64,000 bases of DNA, from the NCBI RefSeq assembly GCF_032191835.1, contig NC_083237.1, positions 38,316,001 through 38,380,000 on the forward strand, written 5' to 3'. Numbering within the stretch: position 1 is the stretch's first letter; each line of letters begins with the position of its first letter. The translations under genes and the position numbers were made by a program. Below the pieces are notes generated by a model. The model made no database searches, was not told the origin of the DNA, and worked only from the letters and a program-made list of their open reading frames with translations. The DNA comes from Heteronotia binoei (lineage: Eukaryota). This document shows positions 48,203 through 58,525 of this stretch, piece after piece.

Positions 48203-51200
48203 CTAGGATCCCCCTCCTGCCGGGCGGCCTTGCAAGGAGGGCGAGTCACATTTATGGCTCCGGAACTCGGGCCCCGAGAGGCTCCGGCACTCCCCCTTCG
48301 AGGGGAGGGTTGGTGAATCTTGTGAATGCCATTTGGACGGCCCCGGAGATCTGCGCAGTAGGCTGCAATGAAAAACAGGGTGGACTTTACCAAGAGCAGG
48401 GGGGAGGTCTAACTCTACTGTCACCGGGTTGATTACCCGCTTGATTTTGAATGGCCCTAAGAACTTAAAAGCCAATTTCCTAGACGGTTGTGCCAGAGGC
48501 AGGTTTTTTGTTGACAGGTACACGGAGTCCCCCACCTTCAAGTCCCAGACTGGCACATGGCTTTTATCGTACTGTTTCTTATACGCCTCCTTGGCCAGCT
48601 TCAGGTTTTCTTGAATGGCTGGCCAACATTGGCTGGGACCTTGCCACCATTGCTCGAAACTTGAGCCCGTCAATCCCTCCCCCCCTGGCAGCATGGGAAT
48701 CGGCTTTCCCTCATACCCGAACACTGTTGCAAAGGGAGATGCTTTTGTGGAACTGTGAGCGCTGTTGTTGTAAGCGTATTCAGCGAAGGGGAGGAGGTCC
48801 ACCCAGTCCGACTGGCGTAGGCTCACAAAGCACCGTAGGTACTGCTCTAGCACCCCGTTCACTCTCTCAGTCTGTCCGTCCGTCTGGGGGTGATAGGCAG
48901 AACTTAGCCCCTGTTCCATCCCTAGTAACTTACAAAACTCCCGCCAGAAGGTGGCAACGAACTGAGGCCCCCTGTCACTTATGACCTTGTCAGGGATGGA
49001 GTGATGTTTGGCCACGTGGTCGAAAAATAAAGTCGCTAGTTTCTTGGCCGTGGGTAATTGGCTGCAGGGGATGAAGTGGGCTTGTTTTGAAAACGTGTCC
49101 ACCACCACCAGTATGACTGTTTCCCCCCGGGGGGGGGGGGGGTAGCTCGACTATGAAGTCCATGGACACCATAGCCCATGGCCGTTTTGCTGTTTCCAGA
49201 GGCTGTAGGAGTCCCGGGGGTTTCCCCCCCCTCCTTTTTGCCATCACACACACCGGGCAACCAGCTACAAAGTCCGACACATCCTTCTTTAGGGACGGCC
49301 ACCAGAACTGCCGGTGCACCAAGTGCAAGGTTTTTACATAGCCGAAGTGCCCAGCTAATTTGGAGCAGTGACATAGTTGGAGAATTTCTTTCCTTAATAT
49401 TTCCGGGATGTACAGTTTCTCCCCCTTGTACCAAAGAGCGTCTTTTCTTTTCTGCAACCCCTCCGGCCGCCCACCTCCCTCCCGTTCGGCCTCTAGGGTG
49501 ATTCGTTCTTTGCTTAGTCCGCTCAATTCCTTTTTCCTCTGCGAGCGGGTAGTGACCATAGCCGCCACTTGTGTGGGGGGGATCAGGGAATCTACCACTT
49601 CCTCTCTCTGGCTCTCATGCTGTGGGAGCCTGGACAGGGCGTCTGCTAGGAAATTGCGGGTCCCCGGGATGTGTTTCAGGGTGAAGTCGAATCTGGAGAA
49701 GAAGCCCGCCCACCTGATTTGCTTTTCACTCAATTTTCTTTTCCCTGTTAGTGCCTCTAGATTTTTGTGGTCCGTCCATATCTCAAAGGGCACCCTGGCT
49801 CCCTCCAACCAGGACCTCCAAGTTTTCAGTGCAAACATGACAGCGAAAGCCTCTTTGTCCCACACTGACCAGTTCCTCTGCTCCTCCGAGAACTTTCGCG
49901 AAATGTAAGCGCAGGGTCTCAGCTTCCCCTCCTCATCCCTCTGCATGAGAATGGCTCCTACGGCGACGTCGGAGGCGTCGCATTGGACCACAAACCCCTT
50001 CCGCTCATCTGGGTGGCTTAAGACCGGCTCACTTGTGAACAGTTGTTTAAGCCGGTCGAAAGCCGCCTGACAAGTCGGTGTCCAATTCAGCCTGGCCCCT
50101 GGTCGCTTTGCCTCCTCCCCCTTCCCCTTCGTCTTCAGGAGGTCTGTTAGGGGCAGAGCGATCTGGGCGAACCCCTCAATGAATGTCCTATAGAAATTGG
50201 AGAATCCGAGGAAACTTTGGAGCTGTCTACGTGTCCTCGGGGGGGCCCACTCTAGAACTGCCTGAACTTTGGCTGGATCCATGGCCAGCCCGTCCCCAGA
50301 CACCCGGAAGCCCAAATAGTCTAGTTCCGTGCGGTGGAACTCGCATTTAGACAGCTTGGCGTAGAGCTGGTGCTTCAGCAGGGTGGCCAGCACTTCCCTC
50401 ACTAGTTTCACATGGGATTGTTCGTCTTGCGAATAAATAATGATGTCATCAAGGTACACCACCACCCCCTTGTACAGAAATTCCCGCAATACATCATTTA
50501 TGAAATTCATGAACACCCCCGGTGCCCCTTGCAATCCAAACGGCATGACTAAATATTCAAATTGCCCCATCGGGGTGTTGAACGCCGTTTTCCACTCATC
50601 CCCCTCCTTGATGCGCACTCGGAAGTACGCGTCCCGCAGGTCAAGCTTTGTGAAAATCTTCCCCCCCGCCACCGTGCTTAGCAAATCTTTGATGAGGGGG
50701 ATGGGGTAGGCGTTTGACATGGAAATCGCGTTAATCCCACGAAAATCCGTGCAAAGCCTAAGACTGTGGTCCTTTTTCTTTCTAAACAACACGGGGGCCG
50801 CGTGGGGGGCCGTCGCGGGTCTGATGAACCCCCTTTTCAAGTTCAAGTCTAGGAATTTTCGCAGCTCCTTCTTCTCAGCCCACCCCATTTGGTAGAGCTT
50901 GGCCCTGGGAAGGCTTTCCCCGGGGATTAGTTCTATCGCACAGTCTGTGCTCCTGTGGGGGGGTAGCTGGTTGGCCTCCCGCTCACTAAATACCTCCATC
51001 AGGTCGCGGTAGGCGTCCGGGACATGGTGCACCTCTTCCACCAGGACGCACGCCTCTCCCGAGCGGCTGGCGCTCGTGGCCCCCATGCTGCCTGCCAAAG
51101 GTGCTGGTTGCAACTTGGGTCGGGAAATCTGATGGTCTGGGCTCTCCAGCGGATGAGGGGCTCGTGCTTTTCCAACCACCCCACTCCCAGGACCACGGGG

Positions 51201-51568
51201 TAGCCGCAGGCGGGCGCGATCACAAACGTCTCTGAGTCCCAGTGATCCTCAATCCCCAGGGGGCACGGCTCAGTCTCTTGCGTGCAGGGTTCCCCCCCCA
51301 TTACTGACTCATCCATCTGTTCAAAGTGCATGGGGTGGGGCAGTTGTAAGCGTTTCAATCCCAGAGCCTCCACCACCTTGGGGGAAATCAGCTCTCTATT
51401 ACAGCCCGAGTCTATGAGGGCCCGGATCTGTAGGAACCTTTTTAGCTTTGGGTTCAACAATTTGACCACTATAAAGTACAACCTTCCCGTGGGTCTCACC
51501 GTGAGCGGTGCCTCCTCTCGGTCGACCTGCTGGTTGGCACCGTTCAAAGCAGGTCGGCGTCGTTTCCC
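48203..51568 (-). pseudogene. Pol of element C (PR-RT-RH-IN, no chromodomain) with two frameshifts (about 51055; G14 run 49129-49142)
   Basis: ALIDSGC, VYLDD, CDASD/WTDHKNL/ADALSR, HCSKLAGH...CPVC, MDFI/SDRG/TERVN, GPF module. Confidence 0.9.
51506..51568 (-). promoter_or_regulatory. Programmed -1 ribosomal frameshift signal (G GGA AAC plus pseudoknot) at the gag/pol junction of C
   Basis: Heptamer 51562-51568 in gag phase; 5-nt spacer; stem 1 CGACCTGCT/AGCAGGTCG; stem 2 CGGTGCC/GGCACCG. Confidence 0.85.
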
Positions 51569-53043
51569 GCCGGCTCCTCTTCCCACGCCAGCTCGGCCAG
51601 CTCCTCTGACAGACGCACCTCCTCCTCTTGTAGGTCGTCTTGCACCAGGAGCGCGCTGCTCTTCGCCGCGTCCTTAGGGCGGCCGGTGGTTTTCTTGGGG
51701 CCGGGGGTGCCCGGGCGGGTGGCTCCCTGCGGTGGGGCGGCCCCGGTGGCTGATTGGGGGCAGCCAGAGGCTAGATGGTTGGGGTCCCCACACCGAAAAC
51801 AACGTCGGGGCCCCCCCGGGGCAGCCACCGCCTGCTTCTTGACTTTAGGTGGCTCAGCCTTCCCGGGGCTTGCTTTCGGCGTTCCCCTGCCGGCGGCCAG
51901 TGCTTGGCGCAGCATCGCCACTCGTTTCAGGTTGGTCTCCACCTCCCCCGCCAGCGGAATCCACCCCACCAGGGTATCGGGGCGGGCTTGCGTGAGCGCT
52001 CTATCCAGGATGCTCGGGTTCAGCCCATTGGTGAAGTGCTCGATCTTCATCACCTCATTCCAGTTCCGAGCCCGGGCGGCGTTGGCCTGGAAGTCGGCCG
52101 CGTACTCCCGGATGGATCGGGCCCCTTGCTTCATGTTCCGCAGCGCCGCCAGCGCTCGGGTTTCTTGCAGGGGGTCCTCGTACTGGGTCAGCAGGGCCTG
52201 CACGAAAGTGTTTACGAAATGGAGGACCGGGCTGTTGGTTTCGCATAGGCTCACATACCACTTCTTCGCTGCGCCCCGTAGCTTCGACCCGAGGTAGTCC
52301 ACGCGGCTCATCTCATCGGGGAATGAGTCCCCCCAGTAGTGCATGTAGCTGTTTGCTTGGATCGCGAAGTAGTTCACTTCCTCCGGGTCCCCGTCGAACG
52401 TGGCGTCCAGCTCCCGGCCCCCCCCCCAGGTCTCTTTGTCTGACCGGGGCAGGGGGGGCGCCGCTGGGGCTTGCGGGGCCGCTCTGGGTGGAGGAGCGGC
52501 GGGGCCCTGTCGAGCCGGGGGTCCCCGCGGACCCGCCGGGGCTGGCTGTTGCTGGCGAGCCCCGGTCACCCCCAGCGCTCTGCCCAGCTGCGCGGTCAGG
52601 GTCTGCATCTGGTCCTTTAGGTCTCTCACCGCCCCGTCGATCTCCCTGCGGACCATCGCGCGAAACGTCTCGTACTCCTCATCGGTCTGGTCCTTGGGGC
52701 TCGCCCCTCCGTCCTCCGCTCCGCACTCGGCCCCTTCGCTTCCACTCTCGAGGTCCTGCGCCCCCGCGGCGCTGGCGCCTTCGCTCGCCTCGCCCGGGTG
52801 GACGGCGGTGGCCTCGGCCAGTTGGACCCGCTTGGTGTGGCGGGTCATGATCGCCTCCCGACGGACCGGGGCTTGATCCATCAGCGTAGTGGAGGTTCTT
52901 GGCTGGTATTGCCGTGGGGTCGCCACCAGCTGAAACTGTGGAGGGGAGGCCGCGGTCCTTCTGGCAGTATGGATGTGCCAGGGTGTCTCGGCCCCCTCCA
53001 CTCTGGTTGGGAATCCTCCATTCTCCGGAGACTGTTCGGACAT
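51544..53043 (-). CDS. Gag of element C (499 aa from MSEQ; PEG10/RTL-like capsid plus CCHC knuckle), intact
   Basis: FDGDPEEVNYF...YLGSKLRGAAKKWY...KQGARSIREY...FTNGLN; CFRCGDPNHLASGC; ATG at 53043. Confidence 0.9.
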   Translation of the reverse strand: MSEQSPENGGFPTRVEGAETPWHIHTARRTAASPPQFQLVATPRQYQPRTSTTLMDQAPVRREAIMTRHTKRVQLAEATAVHPGEASEGASAAGAQDLESGSEGAECGAEDGGASPKDQTDEEYETFRAMVRREIDGAVRDLKDQMQTLTAQLGRALGVTGARQQQPAPAGPRGPPARQGPAAPPPRAAPQAPAAPPLPRSDKETWGGGRELDATFDGDPEEVNYFAIQANSYMHYWGDSFPDEMSRVDYLGSKLRGAAKKWYVSLCETNSPVLHFVNTFVQALLTQYEDPLQETRALAALRNMKQGARSIREYAADFQANAARARNWNEVMKIEHFTNGLNPSILDRALTQARPDTLVGWIPLAGEVETNLKRVAMLRQALAAGRGTPKASPGKAEPPKVKKQAVAAPGGPRRCFRCGDPNHLASGCPQSATGAAPPQGATRPGTPGPKKTTGRPKDAAKSSALLVQDDLQEEEVRLSEELAELAWEEEPAGNDADLL

Positions 53044-53084
53044 CGCCTTTTCAGTTGCCGGAAAGGTTGAACTCCAAGATAGGG

Positions 53085-53094
53085 AGTCCTTCAA
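53085..53094 (-). promoter_or_regulatory. Self-priming PBS of element C, complementary to LTR 53180-53189
   Basis: Sense TTGAAGGACT lies 2 nt after the LTR; the sense LTR has AGTCCTTCAA at an Inr, 24-31 nt below TTTAAATA. Confidence 0.82.
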
Positions 53095-55439
53095 AATGTC
53101 AAGTCGGCTGAATTCAATAACGAGTCTCTTGATAAAGTAGCAAGTTTATTGTAATCAGAACTGTGGACCATGGCAGAGATTGAAGGACTGAATCACATAT
53201 GCACTAATCCAGTATTTAAAGTATGAATCTAAAGGATTCCTACGGGGGGCAATCTATGCAACACATCTTCACACTAGGATGCTACTTCTTTCGTTCCCAG
53301 ACCGAAGTCTTGACACCCCATACTCCCCACAGAGAACAAGGCTGGGAAGGCGCCACTATCTTGTTCACAGGTTAGCATTTCAAAGCAGGTTACACAACAA
53401 AGGCATTTCTAGAGAGGGGGCAGGAGAGTGAGCTAGCAGCCCCCGGTGTACACTGTAAAGTACCCAGACTCCTTCACTTCAGAACCAACCTTAATACAGA
53501 TATTGAGTAACCCATAGCAGACTTGACAGTAGTGACTGCCCCTACTAGATGATTGGGTGATATGATAGAGTCAATGACTTCTTCCCTTTGACTGTTGTGT
53601 TCAGGAAGTCGAGACAAAGCATCCGTTAAAAAGTTTTTGGATCCTGGAATATGTTTTAAAGTAAAATCAAATTTTGTGAAAAATCCTGCACACCGAATTT
53701 GTTTTTCAGTTTCCGGCGTCCCGTGAGTGCCTCTAAGTTTTTATGAACTGTCCAAATTTCAAACAGGACTCTGGCTCCCTCTAGCCAAGACCTCCAGGTT
53801 TTTAATGCAAATGTCATTGCAAATGCCTCTTTATCCCACATGGACCAATTTCGCTGCTCCTGAGAAAATTTTTTAGAAATGTATGCACAGGGCCTTAGTC
53901 TCTCTTCATCATCTGATTGCATTAAAATGGCTCCTAAAGTGACATCGGAGGCATCGGATTGGACCACAAAGGGTTGTAGCTCATCTGGGTGACTAAGAAT
54001 GGGTTCACTAGTGAATAATCTTTTCAGTTTATTAAACGCCTCTTGACACTTGGCTGTCCACTCTAGTTTCGCGCCTTGTCTCTTTGCTTCTGGGCCCTTC
54101 CCTTTTGTTTTAAGGAGGTCCGTCAATGGTAACATGGTATGTGCAAAGCTCTGAATGAAATTATGGTAAAAATTCGTGAAACCGAAGAATGATTGGAGCT
54201 GTCTACGTGTCCTCGGGGGTTCCCAATCTAGTACCGCTTGTATCTTGGCGGGGTCCATCGCTAACCCCTTCCTGGACACTCTGTACCCCAAGTATTCCAG
54301 TTCTGTTTTGTGGAACTCACACATAGACAATTTGGCGTATAGCTTATGTTCGTACAGAGTGTTGAGTACTTCCCGTACTAATTTCACATGAGATTGTGAG
54401 TCTTTGAAATAAATAATTATATCATCCTACAACACTACAACCCCTTTATACAAGTATTCCCTCAGTACTTCATTTATGAAATTCATAAAAACTCCAGGAG
54501 CCCCTTGTAATCCAAATGGCATGACTAAGTATTCAAACTGTCCCATAGGAGTGTTTAATGCCATTTTCCACTCATCTCCTTCCTTTACGTGCACTCTAAA
54601 GTAAACATCTCACAAATCTAATTTTGTAAAGATTTTCCCCCCAGACACTGTGCTTAATAGATCATTGATTAAAGAAAAAGGGTAGGCATTCGAGGTAGAA
54701 ATCCTATTGATCCTTCAAAAATCTGTGCAAAGTCTAAGCCCCCCGTCCTTCTTTCTAAACAATACTGGGGCAGCATGTGGGGCGGTCGCAGGTCTGATGA
54801 AACCGCTCTTTAGGATTTTATCTAAAAACTTCCATAATTCGGCCTTTTCTGCCCACCCCATAGAATACAGCTTAGCCTTATGGAGTTCTTGCCCTGGGAT
54901 CAGTTCTATAGCACAGCAGTATTCCGGTGGGGAGGAAGTTCGTTTGCTTTCTCTTCGCTAAACACCCTTTTCAAATCTTTATACTCCTTGGAGTTGGAGC
55001 ATACTTCTTCTACTGTTAAACATAGTAATTCATTCCTGGGGGTGGCTGCATGCCCCAAGTCTTGTCCCATTGGTGGTGTTTGCACTTACTATCGGTAAAG
55101 TCTATAGTTTGGTCTCCCCATTTAATGTCTGGTTCATGCTTCACCAACCAACCCACTCCCAGTACCACGTCAAAAGATGCGGAGGGGGCTATTACAAAAA
55201 CTTCGGTATCCCAGTGGTTTTCTATGCCCACTGGCACTACTTGAGTTTTATCAACGCATGGTTCCCCTTTCATTACTGTCCCATCCATCTGCTCAAATTG
55301 TATGGGTTATGGTAATGGGATCTTGGGGAGACCCAAAGCTTCCACTAATTAGGGTGTAATTATTTCTCAGGTGCATCCTGAATCAATCAGGGCCCGCACA
55401 TGTACAAATCTCTTTACTTTCGAGTTTAGCAAAGTCAAT

Positions 55440-55586
55440 GGGACAAAAAATAAAGATCCGGTTATTCTCACACTTAATGGTGCCGTTAGGGACAAAAAAT
55501 AAAGATCCGGTTATTCTCACCCTTAATGGTGCCGTTAGGGACAAAAAATAAAGATCCGGTTATTCTCACCCTTAATGGTGCCGTTA
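55440..55586. repeat. 49-bp tandem triplication in the element D pol leader
   Basis: GGGACAAAAAATAAAGATCCGGTTATTCTCAC(A/C)CTTAATGGTGCCGTTA x3 starting at 55440, 55489 and 55538. Confidence 0.95.
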
Positions 55587-55759
55587 GTTCCACGATCTGC
55601 TGCTCGGCACCTCTCAGTGCAGGTCATTCCTGTTTCCCGCTGGCTTGTCTTCCCAGGACATCTCGCTCAGCTCATCGATGATGATGGTTTCTTCATCTAG
55701 TGAAGTGGTGGCCACGGTGCTCCCTTTTTCTGGTTCTTTAGAATGACTGGTAGTCTTCA

Positions 55760-55840
55760 GGAGCCACCCTGAGCCCGCTTCAGTGGGGTAGGGCGGGATA
55801 TAAATCAAATGAAATAAAATAATAAATAAAATAAATAAAT
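55760..55840 (+). mobile_element. Short L2-type 3' tail inserted into the D gag
   Basis: GAGCCACCCTGAGCCCGCTTC...GGGCGGGATATAAATCAAAT(GAAAT/AAAT)n interrupts sequence that is contiguous in element A. Confidence 0.75.
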
Positions 55841-57695
55841 TCTTTGGTGCTGATGCACTGGGCTTCAAAGTAAGGGGGGGGCCTCGAGGTCATTCCGGGC
55901 AGTTAGCAGCTAGGTGATTTAGATCCCCACACCGGAAACATTGTGGGTTAGCCAGTTTGCTGGTTCCCCCGGGGGGATTCACTTGCTTCCCTTCAGGTTT
56001 TGCCCTAGACCAAGTTTCACGTCCCCCCTTTCCCCCTTGCTGCTGTTGGTGTTGCAGGGCCACTCTTTTCATGTTGGTTTCTACTTTGCCTGCTAATTGC
56101 ACCCATCCCACCAGTGTGGTGGGGCGAGCTTGCTGTAGAGCTCTATCCAGCACGCTTGCATTCAGGCCCTCTGGAACTGCTCTATTTTCTTCAGTTCGTT
56201 CCAACCCCAGACTTTGGCCGTGTTTGCGCGAAACTTGGCCGCATACTCACACACTGATTTTGACCCTCGCTGCATGTCTCGTAGTGCTGTCAATGCCCAA
56301 GTCTCCTGAAGTGAGTCTTCGTACTGTGTGAGTAAAGCTTGGAGGAAAGCAGCCACTGTGTCTAATTCAGGGCTTCTGGTCTCGTACAGTCTCACATACC
56401 ATTGTTTGGAGGTCCCTTTCAGCTTCAACCGCAGGTAGTCTACTCGACTAAATTCATAAAGAAATGTATTCCCCCAATAGTGCATGTAACTATTGGCTTG
56501 GATAGAGAAGTATTCCACTTCTTCGGGGTCGCCGTCAAATGTCATGTCTAGCTCTCGTCCTCGACCATAGTCTTGAGGGACCTGCAGTGGTGCCATCGTT
56601 GGTGGCAGCGGGGCCGGCAGAGGTGGTGTGGCAGGTTGTCTCTCCAGGGGAGGTATTGGTGCTCCCCTTGGGTCGGCTGGTCTTAGTACCTGATCGAGCT
56701 GTCTTCTAATTTCTTGTGCCATGAAGGTGGCATTGGCTTGAATCTCGTCCCCAAGCCCCTCGCCAGATTGTCCATCTCATTTCTCAGTATCTGGAGTATT
56801 CCTCGCTCATCGGGTTCAACCTCCTTCTCCTCTCCATCAGGGCCAGGTTGTTCTGGAGCTTCACCGTCTTTGCCCTCATCAGGTTGTGGTTCTTCTCGCT
56901 CCCCTCTGCTGATGGGTTGGGTGCTTTTGCACACTCCCCCCAATCATTACTCTTACTCTCTGGGAATGTCATGCCAGGATAGCTTCCCTCCAGGCTGGTG
57001 CCTCCTCCATCAAGGTGGTGGAGGTTTGCGGTTCCCAATTTCAGGGTGTAATGAGAAGTTGCTGCACATGCAGAGGGGATCCTCCCCCCACAGCCCGCCG
57101 AGTGTCTAGTATGTGCCATGGGGGGGTCCGCACCTCGATCTCTTCCTCTCGGTCACCTTGTCCTCTCTCCAGAGGGTTTGGGAGTTTACTGTTATCTGGA
57201 GCTCTCTCCGCCATTCAGTCAGAAAGTTGCCAGTTCAGTTGAATTCCAAAAAGATCACTCTCAAAATGTCAAGCATCGGTATTTCGAATAAACAAGCAGT
57301 TGTTTGATACAAAGACTTGTTCATTCTATACCAGTTATGCTCACATTGAGTACACTCTAATTTCCAGAAAAATAAATCAGTTTACTGAAAATATTGTTTT
57401 ATATTTATGCTTTATCTAGTTAACATTCCATGTTTTCATATGATGCTTTTTAAAAAGGGATTGGATTCAATGACATGTTTTCACTAAATGAAGAAAACTG
57501 CACTGCATGGGAGGAAGATTTCTCACTTGCAAAATAAGTCATTGGATCCATCCCAAATATTAAAGACATCATTTTTATTTGAGTATTATTTCATCATGCT
57601 TGTATTTCACTGTACTTTTATACAAGTTTTACTTGTCAAGACAACTTTAAAATATCATGCCACTCATAAATCTTTATAACAATATTACAGTTGAG

Positions 57696-57809
57696 CAAGA
57701 CTTTCTTTGTAGCAGACATTCCTTTGCATATCAGGCCACACACCCCTGATGTAGCCAATATTCCTGGAGCGTACAGTAGGCCCTCTACTAAGAGCCCTGT
57801 AAGCTCTTG
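57696..57809. mobile_element. Half copy of a palindromic hAT MITE family related to 13894
   Basis: CTTTGCATATCAGGCCACACACCCCTGATGTAGCC; reverse complement of part of 58375-58525. Confidence 0.7.
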
Positions 57810-58203
57810 CATATTTGTATATGCAAAACTTCTGTGGAGGACATCTTCCATTTGCCCACTGTATTCAGAACCTAAACACAAGTTTCTGACTGAATAACAG
57901 ATTAATTGTATATGGCTTCTGATATGGATAAGCTAATATTTATGCTGTCAGATATTGATTTAACAGTTTCTTATATGGTAGCACTTTTTGCTTTGGCTGC
58001 TAGCAAAATCAGGGCAAAAGCAGCACCCAGTAGACAGTAAAATGATGTTGTTAACTGGACAATTATAGCCTGATTATGGAATCATGGGGATGCTGTATGT
58101 AACTAAGGTTGTGAATACTCTAAATTTGAATGTGCCAATTTTAGAATCCTTGACTGCTTTTAACTTGTAAGTTGCTTTAATTTTAATGGCCAATGGCTTA
58201 AGC

Positions 58204-58339
58204 CAGGGGTGGCCTACAGTAGCTCTCCAGATGTTTTTTGCCTACAACTCGCATCAGCTCCAGCCATCAGCCATGCTGGCTGGGGCTGATGGGAGTTGTA
58301 GGCAAAAAGCATCTGGAGAGCTACCGTTGGCCACCCCTG
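58204..58339. mobile_element. Palindromic hAT-type MITE, same family as 30910
   Basis: TIRs CAGGGGTGGCC...GGCCACCCCTG; 7/8 TSD GCTTAAGC/GCTTAAGA. Confidence 0.88.
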
Positions 58340-58374
58340 GCTTAAGAAATAAATTTTACTACTACCACTATTAC

Positions 58375-58525
58375 TATATTAGGCCACATACCCTTGGTGT
58401 AGTCAATCGTCCAAGAGCTTACAGGGCTTTTAGTATAGGGCCTACTGTACGCTCCAGGAAGATAGGCTACATCAGGGTTGTGTGGCCTGATATGCAAAGG
58501 GATTCCTGCTACAAAAAAAGCCTTG
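58375..58525. mobile_element. Truncated palindromic hAT MITE
   Basis: Ends GCTACAAAAAAAGCCTTG; internally palindromic. Confidence 0.7.

Larger units (their letters stand above)
47760..53528 (-). mobile_element. Very young Ty3/Gypsy element C, 5769 bp, nested in D
   Basis: 432-bp LTRs at 47760-48191 and 53097-53528, identical by manual alignment; 5-bp TSD GTAGT (47755-47759, 53529-53533); PPT TAGGGGGGGCAGTA; CpG-rich gag. Confidence 0.97.
45770..57318 (-). mobile_element. Ty3/Gypsy chromovirus element D (decayed), interrupted by element C; 5' LTR truncated to about 52 bp
   Basis: 3' LTR 45770-46289 (TGTCAAGCAT...ATGCTTGACA), PPT GAGGGGAAGCAGTA, chromodomain plus IN 46290-47759, RT/RH/PR/gag 53534-57119, LTR remnant 57267-57318 matching the start of the 3' LTR. 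Confidence 0.92.

Noticed and set aside
49120-49128. Second GGGAAAC heptamer inside the element C integrase
   Set aside because: Next to an unstable homopolymer, absent at the same position in A and D, and no downstream structure was seen
51282-53111. Many long plus-strand and alternative-frame ORFs over the element C gag
   Set aside because: GC-rich, stop-poor shadow frames of gag with no recognisable motifs
55440-55586. Regular direct repeats resembling a CRISPR array
   Set aside because: Units are head-to-tail with no spacers and consist of Gypsy pol sequence; eukaryotic context, no cas genes
57696-58525. One large composite transposon with inverted ends at 57696 and 58525
   Set aside because: Better explained as two truncated copies of a self-palindromic MITE; no shared TSD seen
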